Of a DNA stretch of 64,000 nt, positions 27,938-37,401 are shown in pieces. The position numbers and the translations under genes are program-made. This stretch comes from an uncultured Bacilli bacterium (GTDB lineage: Bacteria; Bacillota_I; Bacilli_A; RF39; UBA660). The stretch is taken from contig CAKPLN010000005.1 of the NCBI GenBank assembly GCA_934167665.1, positions 33,414 to 97,413 on the forward strand, given 5' to 3'. The stretch's first letter is position 1; the number at the start of each line of letters is the position of its first letter. Below the pieces are notes generated by a model, which did no database searches, was not told where the DNA came from, and saw only the letters and a program-made list of their open reading frames with translations.

Positions 27938-30900
27938 TTTCAATTTTTATACAAGCTTTCTCGTCATTTAATTCACATTCATCAGTTAAACTAATATCTT
28001 TAATTAACTCATCACCAAGTACTTCACCCATTACATAATCTTTATACATAGATAACATCTTTTCAACAGCAGCACTACCATTATAGTATACCTTAATATG
28101 ATCAGTAATTATAAAATCTAAATCTTTTCTTAAACTTTGAACTTTGCGTACAAATTCACGAGCTAATCCTTCTAAAATCAACTCTTCAGTTAATTCTGTA
28201 TCAAGAACAACACAAGTACGATTATTACTACTTGAAGCATAACCTTCTTTTTGCTTTAATGAAATAAGTACCATATCACTAGTTAATGTAAAGTCTTCTC
28301 CATCAAGCTTAACAGTAAGACCTTCTTCATTTATTTTAGCAACCTCATTACTTGTAAGCTTATCTAATATACTTTGTAATGATTTAATCTTTGGACCTAA
28401 AGTTTTACCTAAAACTTTAAAATTAGGTTTTACTATATATTCCAAATACTCTGTCATATCATCTTTAAATACTATATTTTTAACGTTTAACTCTTCTGAA
28501 ATAACAGGAAGTAAATCTCCAATAATCATTTGATCACTCTTAGGTAAAATCAAACTATTAATTGGTTGTCTTACTTTTATATTTACCTCTTCTCTAGCAA
28601 ATCTTCCCAAAGAACAAATGTCTCTAACTAAATCCATTCTCTCTTCTACTGCCTCATTAATTAAATCAGTATTTTCAATAGGAAAATCAGCTAAATGAAC
28701 AGATTCTTCACCAGTTAAATTACGATAAATCTCCTCTGTCATAAATGGTGTTATAGGAGCACATAATTTACATAATGCAACAAGCACTTCATAAGTAGTT
28801 AAGTAAACAGCTTTCTTACTATCAGTTAACTCACTGTCCCAGAACCTACGACGATTACTTCTAATATACCAATTAGATAAATCATCATTTAAGAATGGAA
28901 CAATAAGTCTTGCTGCTTTATTTAAATCGAATTCTTGATATGCTTGATTAACATTTTTAATTAACTTATTTAATTTAGATAATAACCACCTATCAATAAG
29001 TTCCCTTTTCTCTACTGGAATATCATATTCTCTAGGATCAACATTATCAGCATTAGCATACATTTCAAAGAAAGAATAAGAATTCTTTAATGTAGATGTA
29101 AACTTAGAATAAACTTCTTTTACACCTTCTTCACTAAATTTAAGTGGAGTCCATACTGGTGAAACATAACACATATAGAATCTAATTGTATCAGCACCAT
29201 ACTTTTCCATGATTTGAACAGGATCAATAATATTTCCTGTAGACTTACTCATCTTCTTGCCATAAGCATCAAGCATCATATCATTAACAACAACATTTTT
29301 AAAACTGCTTTCTCCAGATATAATAGTTGAAATAACAAGTAATACATAGAACCAACCACGTGTTTGGTCAACTCCTTCAGCTATAAAATCAGCTGGAAAT
29401 TGATCTAAGAATAATTCTTTATTCTCAAAAGGATAATGCCATTGAGCATAAGGCATAGAACCACTATCGAACCAAACATCCATTACATCTTTAACTCTAC
29501 TCATTACTTTACCACAATCAGGACAAGTAATATGTAAATCATCAACATATGGTCTATGTAATTCTATTTTCTTAACATCAATATCTTCAATTATTTTACT
29601 CTGTAATTCTTCAAGTGAACCAATTACTTCCTTACAACCACATTCACAAGTCCAAATTGGCATAGGACATCCCCAATATCTATTACGAGAAATTCCCCAA
29701 TCAACCATATTATCTAACCAGTTAGCAAATCTCTTAGTACCGATAAATTCTGGATACCAATTAACTTTTGAATTAGCTTCAATAATTTTATCTTTTACAG
29801 CAGTAGTTTTTACATACCAAGCAGGTTTTGCATAGTAAATAAGTGGTGATTTACATCTCCAGCAATGAGGATAATCATGAACTAATTTAATCTTTTTAAA
29901 TAATTTATCATTTTCTTTTAAATATTTTATAATTTCAATTTCAAGTTCAGGATCAGTTACAAGACGGCCTTGCCATGGACCAGTAGTATAACAACCATCT
30001 TTTCCAACTGGATTAACAAAAGCAATGCCATTAGCTTTACAAACATTATTATCATCAGCACCATAAGCAGGAGCAATGTGAACAATACCAGTACCATCTT
30101 CAGCTGTAACATAATTATCAGCAACAACTACAAAAGCCTTTCCTTCAACTTCAACAAAAGGCATTAATTGTTCATACTCAGTACCAACTAAATCCTTTCC
30201 TTTATATGTTTCAAGAACTTTAACATCAGCACCTAATACTTTTTCTAATAAGCTTTTAGCCAAAACAAACTTATAGCCTTGTGATTCAACTAAAACATAT
30301 TCAAGTTCTGGATTAACACATAAAGCAACATTAGCCATTAATGTCCAAGGAGTAGTTGTCCAAACCAAGAAGTAAACATCTTCATTCTTCTTCTTAAAAG
30401 GTACAATAACAGTATTTACAGAATCCTGTTGATATCCTTGAGCTACTTCATTAGAAGAAAGTTCAGTACCACATCTTGGACAATATGGTAATACCTTATT
30501 TCCATGATAAATAAGTCCTTTCTTATCCATCTCCTTGATTAACCACCATTCACTTTCAATAAACTCATTACTGCAAGTAACATATGGATGATCACAATCA
30601 ATAAATTGACCCATCATATCAGTAACTTTTTTAACTTCATCAATATTAGTAGCCGTTTCATTATTACATTCACGACAAAAGTTTTCAATACCAAAACCTT
30701 CAATATCAGATTTATTTTTAAAACCTAACTTCTTTTCAACATTTACCTCTATTGGCAAACCATGTGTATCAAGTCCAATCTTTCTAAGAACTCTATACCC
30801 TTGCATAGTTTTATATTTACAAAAAGCATCTTTAATAGTTTTAGCAAAAACATGATGAATTCCTGGCTTAGCATTAGCATAAATTGGTCCATCATAAAAT

Positions 30901-31058
30901 ACCCATTTTTTACCATTACTTCTAGTATCAATACACTTTTGTAAAATATCCATATCTTTCCATTGTTTTGATATCTTACTTTCAACTTCATTTGTCTTTG
31001 CTGTATCTAATTTTTCAAATCTCATAATAAACTCCTTTCCAATAAAAAAACTACTCAT
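27930..31058 (-). CDS. ileS: isoleucine--tRNA ligase
   Basis: 1042 aa class I aaRS with HIGH-like PIYANAKPGIHH, KMSKS and C-terminal zinc-binding CxxC pairs. Confidence 0.95.
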   Translation of the reverse strand: MSSFFIGKEFIMRFEKLDTAKTNEVESKISKQWKDMDILQKCIDTRSNGKKWVFYDGPIYANAKPGIHHVFAKTIKDAFCKYKTMQGYRVLRKIGLDTHGLPIEVNVEKKLGFKNKSDIEGFGIENFCRECNNETATNIDEVKKVTDMMGQFIDCDHPYVTCSNEFIESEWWLIKEMDKKGLIYHGNKVLPYCPRCGTELSSNEVAQGYQQDSVNTVIVPFKKKNEDVYFLVWTTTPWTLMANVALCVNPELEYVLVESQGYKFVLAKSLLEKVLGADVKVLETYKGKDLVGTEYEQLMPFVEVEGKAFVVVADNYVTAEDGTGIVHIAPAYGADDNNVCKANGIAFVNPVGKDGCYTTGPWQGRLVTDPELEIEIIKYLKENDKLFKKIKLVHDYPHCWRCKSPLIYYAKPAWYVKTTAVKDKIIEANSKVNWYPEFIGTKRFANWLDNMVDWGISRNRYWGCPMPIWTCECGCKEVIGSLEELQSKIIEDIDVKKIELHRPYVDDLHITCPDCGKVMSRVKDVMDVWFDSGSMPYAQWHYPFENKELFLDQFPADFIAEGVDQTRGWFYVLLVISTIISGESSFKNVVVNDMMLDAYGKKMSKSTGNIIDPVQIMEKYGADTIRFYMCYVSPVWTPLKFSEEGVKEVYSKFTSTLKNSYSFFEMYANADNVDPREYDIPVEKRELIDRWLLSKLNKLIKNVNQAYQEFDLNKAARLIVPFLNDDLSNWYIRSNRRRFWDSELTDSKKAVYLTTYEVLVALCKLCAPITPFMTEEIYRNLTGEESVHLADFPIENTDLINEAVEERMDLVRDICSLGRFAREEVNIKVRQPINSLILPKSDQMIIGDLLPVISEELNVKNIVFKDDMTEYLEYIVKPNFKVLGKTLGPKIKSLQSILDKLTSNEVAKINEEGLTVKLDGEDFTLTSDMVLISLKQKEGYASSSNNRTCVVLDTELTEELILEGLAREFVRKVQSLRKDLDFIITDHIKVYYNGSAAVEKMLSMYKDYVMGEVLGDELIKDISLTDECELNDEKACIKIERV

Positions 31059-31310
31059 CCACTAAGGACGAATAGTTCGCGGTACCACCTTAATTTATAA
31101 CAGAAAAAAATTCCATTATACACTCAAATACTATAACGCGTTACCGTATTTATCTTATCCATAAATCGCATTTGAAAGTGATCTTAATATCAACTTCATA
31201 TCTGTTTTCACCATACACAGACTCTCTACAAATCTATTAATATTACGTCTTTCGCACTTGCTTTCAAAAACTAATATATCACATCTTTTATCCCTTTACA
31301 AGAAATTAAT
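31059..31310 (-). promoter_or_regulatory. T-box riboswitch leader (Ile) upstream of ileS
   Basis: The minus transcript carries AAUUAAGGUGGUACCGCG (the T-box box, about 31076-31096), then a terminator helix plus U7. A candidate AUC specifier lies in aagAUCacu. Confidence 0.75.
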
Positions 31311-31320
31311 AAGTAAATTT

Positions 31321-33801
31321 TTAGTCCTGAGTATTTTTTATATACGTCTTACTAGAACTATCAAATTTAAGCTTACCATTTAAAAATCTTTTAACCGCCA
31401 AATTATATAGTTTATATTCATGAGGAAGTTGCATTTGATCAATGAAATCTAATGTTTGTCTTTTCTCATCATCAGTTACCTCATGTAGTTTTCCATCAAC
31501 AGAAAGTACCAGCTTCTCTCCCATTACAGATTCTTCAGTATACTTTAATAAATTTCTGTTTTTCAAAATAAACTGAGAAATATCCGCTTTTAGTGGTCTT
31601 CCTCGCATTAAACTTGAAAACTTGCCAAGAGGAACATTAGTTCTTAGTCTATAGTCCAAATAATCAAAAGGTCTTACTTTATCATCTTCCCTAACCCCAT
31701 TGATTATATCCCTATAAATTCCTTCCAAAACTTCATCGTTTACAGCACAACAGCCACGTTTTTGTAAATCCAACTTTTTACTATAAGCTTCCATTAAAGA
31801 AGCATCAGATTGTAACAATTTTTTAGCAGTCATAAATGCATGTACAGGAATACCTCTATTTTGGCAAAACTCATAAATAGTATGAGACTTATTATCGCTT
31901 AAAAAGTTCATAAAAAGATCATAAGCATCATCTACGCGTTTTCTCCGTTTTACACTTAAATCTTCCTGTTCTAAAGTTTGTTTTTCTTTTTCCAATTTAC
32001 TTATAAAGCATGGCAACTTTTTTAAAAAGACTTCATCATCACCCAAAATAAAATCAACATCTTCAATACTAAGCCCCATTCCCATAACTATAGGAAGCAA
32101 ATTTTCACCACTATCATAAGCTTTAAAAAGAATTGCAAACAAATCTAAAGCATTGTCCCTTATAAACTTCGCTTCATAAGAATTCAACAATTTACGAAAA
32201 GTTCTTCGTGAAACAAACTCTTTAACTTTATCTTGTTGAGCATAATCCTTATATCTATAAAGAAGAGCATGTCTTTCACAAAAAGGTATTTTACTAAGTT
32301 CCTCTACAAAATCACTTTGTAATTTTTCTAAAGTTCTCGTCTTAACATCATAAGAATAGTCCCATTGCTTACGACTATAAGTATCAAACCACTCCTTTAG
32401 TCTTAAAAATTGTTTCTTGTCACTATCATCTACTTGAGTTCTCATTATATATTCAAAAGTATATTGTTGTGGAGAAGCAATACTATCAGTTAACAAATGA
32501 AAATATTTTTCAAATATAATTCTATCTCTTCCATAAATAAAACCATCATTAAAAGTAGTTGGTTTGTTTGAAACATATGCTTCCCAAGACTTAGTAGTAG
32601 ACAATTTATTAAATCCAATCAAAACATTATTATTAATTATAATCTCATATAAATTCCTAGTTAAAGTTTTACCCTTTCCTTCACTATTATAAAAATCAAT
32701 AAATTCATCAGGTAAAAAAGCATATCTTTCCCTTCTATACTCAAAGAAAGCTGATCTAACAGAACTGCAAAAATCAGCATATTCATCCTCTAAATTATCC
32801 TTCTCAAATTGTCTGTTTCTATAAGATACTAATAAATTCTCAAATTGCCTAGTACTTAAAACAACACCCTTTTCTTCTGCTGTAACTATAAATTTTTTTA
32901 AATCATCCAATGAAATAAAAACATCATCAAAAGCATCGTAAAAGTCATCTTCCCTAGAATAAGCTCTATAAGTAAATGCCAATAACATATTATTAACCCT
33001 AGATGAATAACATAAACCACTTTTAAGTCTTTTCTCTAATGATTTGAATTCTAAATATTTATTTTTACATTTACCAACTTTAGTATCAATAAAGGAACTC
33101 ATTAATTTTAAATAAGCATTATTAGGTACAAAATCAGCATGTTTACAGAACTCTATTTCACCATTTCTACTCTTATAAAGTACCCTATATAGCGTCTCAG
33201 GAGCAAAGAAAGTAAAATAAGTCAAAAGATCACTTCTAGCTATTTTTAAACGCTTATAATACTCAGAATCTCTATCACCATTAATAAACATTTCATAATT
33301 AATATAATTTAAAAGATTAGTTACCGTTTCTAAATCAGCAGAAAAGTCTGGTGAATTTAATGTCATATCTAACATATCAGACATAGTAGCATTATATAAA
33401 GAATTACATTCCTTAAAACCATTACTACTAAATACTGCTTTCTTATCCTTCGCAAGATGAATCTTCATACACAAATCATAAAACTCATCACTTCTAACTG
33501 GTAGACAATGTAAAAAATAAACAAATACAGGTATATAAAGTAATGGATCAGCATCACTTCTTATATAAGAAGAATATTTCTTAGTAAAAAGTTCAATCAC
33601 ACCATCTAATAATTCGGAAGGAGTAGTAAAAAGTCCATCTCTTCCAAATAAAAGTTTAATCTTTTCAAAGTCATAACTATCAAAAAAGCCCTCATAAGTA
33701 TCAATTTTATTACCCAAAACAACGTTTGAAGCAAAATACTTATTTAATTCTTCAATTTCTTTATTAAACTCCTCAATTAACAAACTTTTAAAACTTCGCA
33801 C
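31321..33801 (-). CDS. large hypothetical soluble protein (826 aa)
   Basis: Intact ORF with no TM helix and no recognisable motif. Lies between divIVA and ileS. Confidence 0.5.
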   Translation of the reverse strand: MRSFKSLLIEEFNKEIEELNKYFASNVVLGNKIDTYEGFFDSYDFEKIKLLFGRDGLFTTPSELLDGVIELFTKKYSSYIRSDADPLLYIPVFVYFLHCLPVRSDEFYDLCMKIHLAKDKKAVFSSNGFKECNSLYNATMSDMLDMTLNSPDFSADLETVTNLLNYINYEMFINGDRDSEYYKRLKIARSDLLTYFTFFAPETLYRVLYKSRNGEIEFCKHADFVPNNAYLKLMSSFIDTKVGKCKNKYLEFKSLEKRLKSGLCYSSRVNNMLLAFTYRAYSREDDFYDAFDDVFISLDDLKKFIVTAEEKGVVLSTRQFENLLVSYRNRQFEKDNLEDEYADFCSSVRSAFFEYRRERYAFLPDEFIDFYNSEGKGKTLTRNLYEIIINNNVLIGFNKLSTTKSWEAYVSNKPTTFNDGFIYGRDRIIFEKYFHLLTDSIASPQQYTFEYIMRTQVDDSDKKQFLRLKEWFDTYSRKQWDYSYDVKTRTLEKLQSDFVEELSKIPFCERHALLYRYKDYAQQDKVKEFVSRRTFRKLLNSYEAKFIRDNALDLFAILFKAYDSGENLLPIVMGMGLSIEDVDFILGDDEVFLKKLPCFISKLEKEKQTLEQEDLSVKRRKRVDDAYDLFMNFLSDNKSHTIYEFCQNRGIPVHAFMTAKKLLQSDASLMEAYSKKLDLQKRGCCAVNDEVLEGIYRDIINGVREDDKVRPFDYLDYRLRTNVPLGKFSSLMRGRPLKADISQFILKNRNLLKYTEESVMGEKLVLSVDGKLHEVTDDEKRQTLDFIDQMQLPHEYKLYNLAVKRFLNGKLKFDSSSKTYIKNTQD

Positions 33802-33873
33802 ATTATCACCTCTAAACGTCTATATATTCTATCATATGAATCACTTAAAAGCAAAAGTAAAAAAAAAGAAGCA

Positions 33874-34317
33874 CTATGACTCCAATTCTAATACTTCTAT
33901 TTCATCAGCAATTTTTAATTGCTGCTCAATTATTAAACGAAACTTTTTCTTAAAGATATCTATATTTTTTTCTAAAAGTAAACTATTACGTTCTACTCTA
34001 GCAGCTCGTAGTAAAGCCTCATTAACTATTATATCTGCATCTTCTTTAGCCTGTTTAATAATCTCATCAGACTCATCTCTTGCCATACGTTTAATATCAT
34101 TGCCAACAGCCTCAGCTCTAGCAACAGCTACACTCAAATTATCTTCAATACTTTTATAATGTGCAAGTTGTGCTTTAAGTTGTATAATCTCTTCTTTTTG
34201 ACTTTGACAACTAGAAATAATACCTTCCGTTTGAGTAATCACATCACTAACAAATTGATTTACTTCACTACGATTATATCCATTAGCCTCATAACTAAAT
34301 TTTTCCACCATGATCAC
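33874..34317 (-). CDS. divIVA: DivIVA-domain protein
   Basis: 147 aa coiled-coil with a DivIVA N-terminal domain, in the conserved sepF-divIVA-ileS position. Confidence 0.7.
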   Translation of the reverse strand: MIMVEKFSYEANGYNRSEVNQFVSDVITQTEGIISSCQSQKEEIIQLKAQLAHYKSIEDNLSVAVARAEAVGNDIKRMARDESDEIIKQAKEDADIIVNEALLRAARVERNSLLLEKNIDIFKKKFRLIIEQQLKIADEIEVLELES

Positions 34318-34337
34318 CCCGGAACAATCCTATAATT

Positions 34338-34796
34338 TTAGAAAAAATCGTCCTCATCATCTTCAGTTTCTTTATCTTTTTTATTCTTAGCCTGCTTATT
34401 GGCAGCACCATTAACCTCATCGCTAATTTTTCCTTCGACATTTACATTTTTAGGTGTACATAGGAAAATACCACCACCTAATTTTTGTAAATCTCCACCA
34501 ATGGCATAAATAGTACCATATAGAAAATCAACAATCCTCTTAGCTTGATCAGGAGTAACTCTCTTTAAATTAACAACAACAGCTACACGATTTTTTAAAT
34601 AATCAGCAATTTGTTGACTTTCAGAATAAGCTCTTGGTTCAAGTAACATCATTTTACTACCAGCAACACCATTTTCAACATGATATTCTTCTCTAGTAGT
34701 AGTATAATACTCCTCCTCTGGAGAAACTTCAGGTTCTACATCATTTCCACCTAAAAAATTTTTTAATTTATCTAAAGCCATATAAATAACCTCCAA
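34338..34796 (-). CDS. sepF: cell division protein SepF
   Basis: SepF core [43 protein letters not shown]. Confidence 0.8.
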   Translation of the reverse strand: MEVIYMALDKLKNFLGGNDVEPEVSPEEEYYTTTREEYHVENGVAGSKMMLLEPRAYSESQQIADYLKNRVAVVVNLKRVTPDQAKRIVDFLYGTIYAIGGDLQKLGGGIFLCTPKNVNVEGKISDEVNGAANKQAKNKKDKETEDDEDDFF

Positions 34797-34862
34797 ATAG
34801 TCTTTACTATAACAAATTTTATCATAAATATTCTAAAAGAAAAAGAACAAATTTAATTTAAA

Positions 34863-36746
34863 TTACATAACCCCCATATTATTAGGAACATCAGTCTCTA
34901 TAAATCTTCCATTACCACCCATACTGATTCCTTGAGAAACAGCAGCTGGGGCTGGAGAAACATTAGTATTTTGTGCACTAGCTTGCTCATACCAAACCGT
35001 ACTAATATCAACATTATCACTCATTGGTCTAGGATCAGGTAAATCAATATACATAGAAACTGGAATTTTAAAAGCATTACCAAAAGCAATACAGTTACCA
35101 GGCTTCAAATTTTTCAATTGTTGAACTATTTCAATTGAAATATTAGGAACCATATTTTTAATATAGTCTAAATCCTTAGGATGTAAAGTTCTAAGAATAA
35201 CAAAATTAGTACATTGTGAAATACACGTATCAGAAAGCTCACTAGGTCTTTGGGTTATTAAACCTAAAAATATTCCATACTTACGTCCTTCCTTAGTGAT
35301 TCTTTCAAATATATTATAACCAAGTAAATCAACATCTCGATCCTTAATAACATAACGATGCGCTTCTTCGATAATTATATGAAATGCTCTAGAACCTCTA
35401 GGATAAGTTATAGCAGCAACATTAAATAACATTTTAGAAACTATTTTAGTAATAACCTTTGCCATTCGATCATCAACATAATTAATATTAAAATTAATAA
35501 TTTGGCATTTACTACCATCAGATAAACGCATTAAATTTTCAACATAAGTTCTTTTATCAACAAAACCAGAATAAGTAAAATATTCTCTATAATTACTATT
35601 GATTAAAGTATGTAATCTAACACTTAAAATATTAGCATAATCAAATACTTTATTACTCTTTAGTATACCTTCATTAATCATAGCAAAATCCATTGCTAAT
35701 TCTAAATCAGATAACGTATAATATGGATTTAAATCATCAACCCTAATAACATCAGACTCATCAACTATATATCCTCTAATGAATTCTACTACTAATTCCA
35801 TCTCTTGCATTTTACCAGTTTTATCAACAAATAAACATTGTTTAAGCGTTCTAACATATCCAGGTTGAGCAATTTGACTTTCAAGATTTAATTCCGGTGT
35901 ATTAAATTTAGTTAATACCGCTACTACCTGATCTCTAATCTTCGTAGAATCATTACCACTAAGTAAAATATCTTGTAAAGCTCGAGCAATTATATCATTT
36001 TTCTTTCTTACAACTGATGCCGAATTTCCAGTAAGTATAGGTACTAGTTTAAGTGTTTTTTCAATTATTGGTAGCTGTGTAGGATTACTAGCATCAAGCA
36101 ACAAAGCTAAATCATCAACATCAAGTAACCATACTGGAATTCTAAGTAATTCACCCGTAGATGAAGAATCTGTATTAGTAGTAATATATTTATAATTAAG
36201 TTTAGGGTTAATACTATGTAAATTAGAAAAAGCTGAATTATATTCACCATAAGCATCAAAGAAAAAGAAATTAGCATTAACAGGCAGTCTTTTATTTAAA
36301 AATAATTTTTGTAAAATAGAAGCAACAGTACAACTCTTTCCTGAACCACTATTTCCCAAAACAGAAAAATGATTACTAAAAAAATCATTAATATTTACTT
36401 TTATTTTATATCCATCATATATATTACTAGTTCCAAAATTAGTTTCACCAGGTAATAATTCCTGACTACCTAGCATACTACTTAATTCTTGGAGATTTAT
36501 TAGTCTAGGAGATGATTTAAAAGATGGTTTCTTACTAGCACCAGGAACGAAATTACCAGAAACAAATTCCCCAACTATTACAGTAGTCATAACGCTTTGA
36601 TTAACATTAACAACTTCAGCTGCTACTTTTCTATCTACATCATCGAAAACAACATGTAAGCCAACTAAATTAGGTTGTCTATTAATATCTATTCCTAATT
36701 CAATTAAGACCCTATTATCAATGATCTCTAATACTTTTCCTAGCAC
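34863..36746 (-). CDS. HerA/FtsK-superfamily ATPase (DUF87/HerA-like, N-terminal HAS-barrel)
   Basis: GTG start with an AGAGGGTG RBS. Walker A GNSGSGKS, Walker B/DEAH-like HIIIEEAHRY, arginine-finger region EGRKYGIFLGLITQRPSEL, and the N-terminal barrel KVLEIIDNRVLIELG. Confidence 0.65.
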   Translation of the reverse strand: MLGKVLEIIDNRVLIELGIDINRQPNLVGLHVVFDDVDRKVAAEVVNVNQSVMTTVIVGEFVSGNFVPGASKKPSFKSSPRLINLQELSSMLGSQELLPGETNFGTSNIYDGYKIKVNINDFFSNHFSVLGNSGSGKSCTVASILQKLFLNKRLPVNANFFFFDAYGEYNSAFSNLHSINPKLNYKYITTNTDSSSTGELLRIPVWLLDVDDLALLLDASNPTQLPIIEKTLKLVPILTGNSASVVRKKNDIIARALQDILLSGNDSTKIRDQVVAVLTKFNTPELNLESQIAQPGYVRTLKQCLFVDKTGKMQEMELVVEFIRGYIVDESDVIRVDDLNPYYTLSDLELAMDFAMINEGILKSNKVFDYANILSVRLHTLINSNYREYFTYSGFVDKRTYVENLMRLSDGSKCQIINFNINYVDDRMAKVITKIVSKMLFNVAAITYPRGSRAFHIIIEEAHRYVIKDRDVDLLGYNIFERITKEGRKYGIFLGLITQRPSELSDTCISQCTNFVILRTLHPKDLDYIKNMVPNISIEIVQQLKNLKPGNCIAFGNAFKIPVSMYIDLPDPRPMSDNVDISTVWYEQASAQNTNVSPAPAAVSQGISMGGNGRFIETDVPNNMGVM

Positions 36747-36855
36747 TATAACACCCTCTTTTACTCTTATATAAGTATATCAAATATATAGACAAAAAAA
36801 AAGTCAATAAATGACTTTTTGCTTCTTTTCTTGCTTTAAACTTTCCTATAATATT

Positions 36856-36884
36856 AAAAACGCATATACACATACTGTATATGC
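36856..36884 (-). terminator. terminator hairpin between the 156-aa gene and the HerA-like ATPase gene
   Basis: GCAUAUACAguaugUGUAUAUGC plus U5 on the minus transcript. Confidence 0.55.
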
Positions 36885-36930
36885 AAGAAAAATAATATAT
36901 TTTTAAATTAATTAAGTAATATAAAACTAT

Positions 36931-37401
36931 TTACCAAGCATCTGATTTATTGGCATCCCATTCAGCATCGCCAGCTGCTAAAGCATCGGCTGTCTGCTGT
37001 ATTGTATTAACATATGATTCTCCAGTTTTTTCATCAGTATACCTATAACTATCAGTATCATCCATAATCTTATTATAGGCTTCATATGCAAGATTGCGAG
37101 CGGAATTATCAGTTTCCATTTTATTCATAATATCTTGAATTACACTTGTTGAGTCTTCTAAATAACTATCAATTTCCTCTTCTTTTTTAGACAATATAGA
37201 AATAAAATTTTCGGAAATCTCATTAAACGTTTTGCTCTCACCAACTCTAAAAGACGTATCGGCATAATCTGCCATTTTATTTTTGGAATTACTTATAGCA
37301 GTTGATAAATCGCTAGATAATATACTAAATTGCTTAACAGCCTCTTGCCCTTTGATATGTGCAGTGCTAGGATATTTATATCTTATCCATTCTCTACTCA
37401 T
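36931..37401 (-). CDS. hypothetical helical protein (156 aa)
   Basis: Overlaps the stop of the upstream 488-aa gene by 8 nt, so they form an operon. No TM helix; acidic. Confidence 0.5.
   Translation of the reverse strand: MSREWIRYKYPSTAHIKGQEAVKQFSILSSDLSTAISNSKNKMADYADTSFRVGESKTFNEISENFISILSKKEEEIDSYLEDSTSVIQDIMNKMETDNSARNLAYEAYNKIMDDTDSYRYTDEKTGESYVNTIQQTADALAAGDAEWDANKSDAW

Noticed and set aside
29970-30991. Three small ORFs (65, 80 and 60 aa) within ileS
   Set aside because: They lie internal or antisense to ileS, a highly conserved gene.
33836-34159. 107-aa plus-strand ORF opposite divIVA
   Set aside because: Antisense to a conserved gene; low-complexity Ser/Leu/Ile composition.
34863-36746. 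The idea that the HerA-like ATPase is the missing pilus assembly ATPase (PilB/PilT) for the pilin-like proteins
   Set aside because: Its motifs (HAS-barrel, DEAH-like Walker B, QRPSEL) place it in the HerA/FtsK clade, not the PilB/GspE secretion-ATPase clade. It is also 7 kb away and separated by ileS and the dcw genes.
36931-37401. The idea that the 156-aa helical protein is a WXG100/T7SS substrate
   Set aside because: It has no W-x-G motif in the expected helix-turn-helix position, is longer than about 100 aa, and no EssC/EssB/YukD components are nearby.
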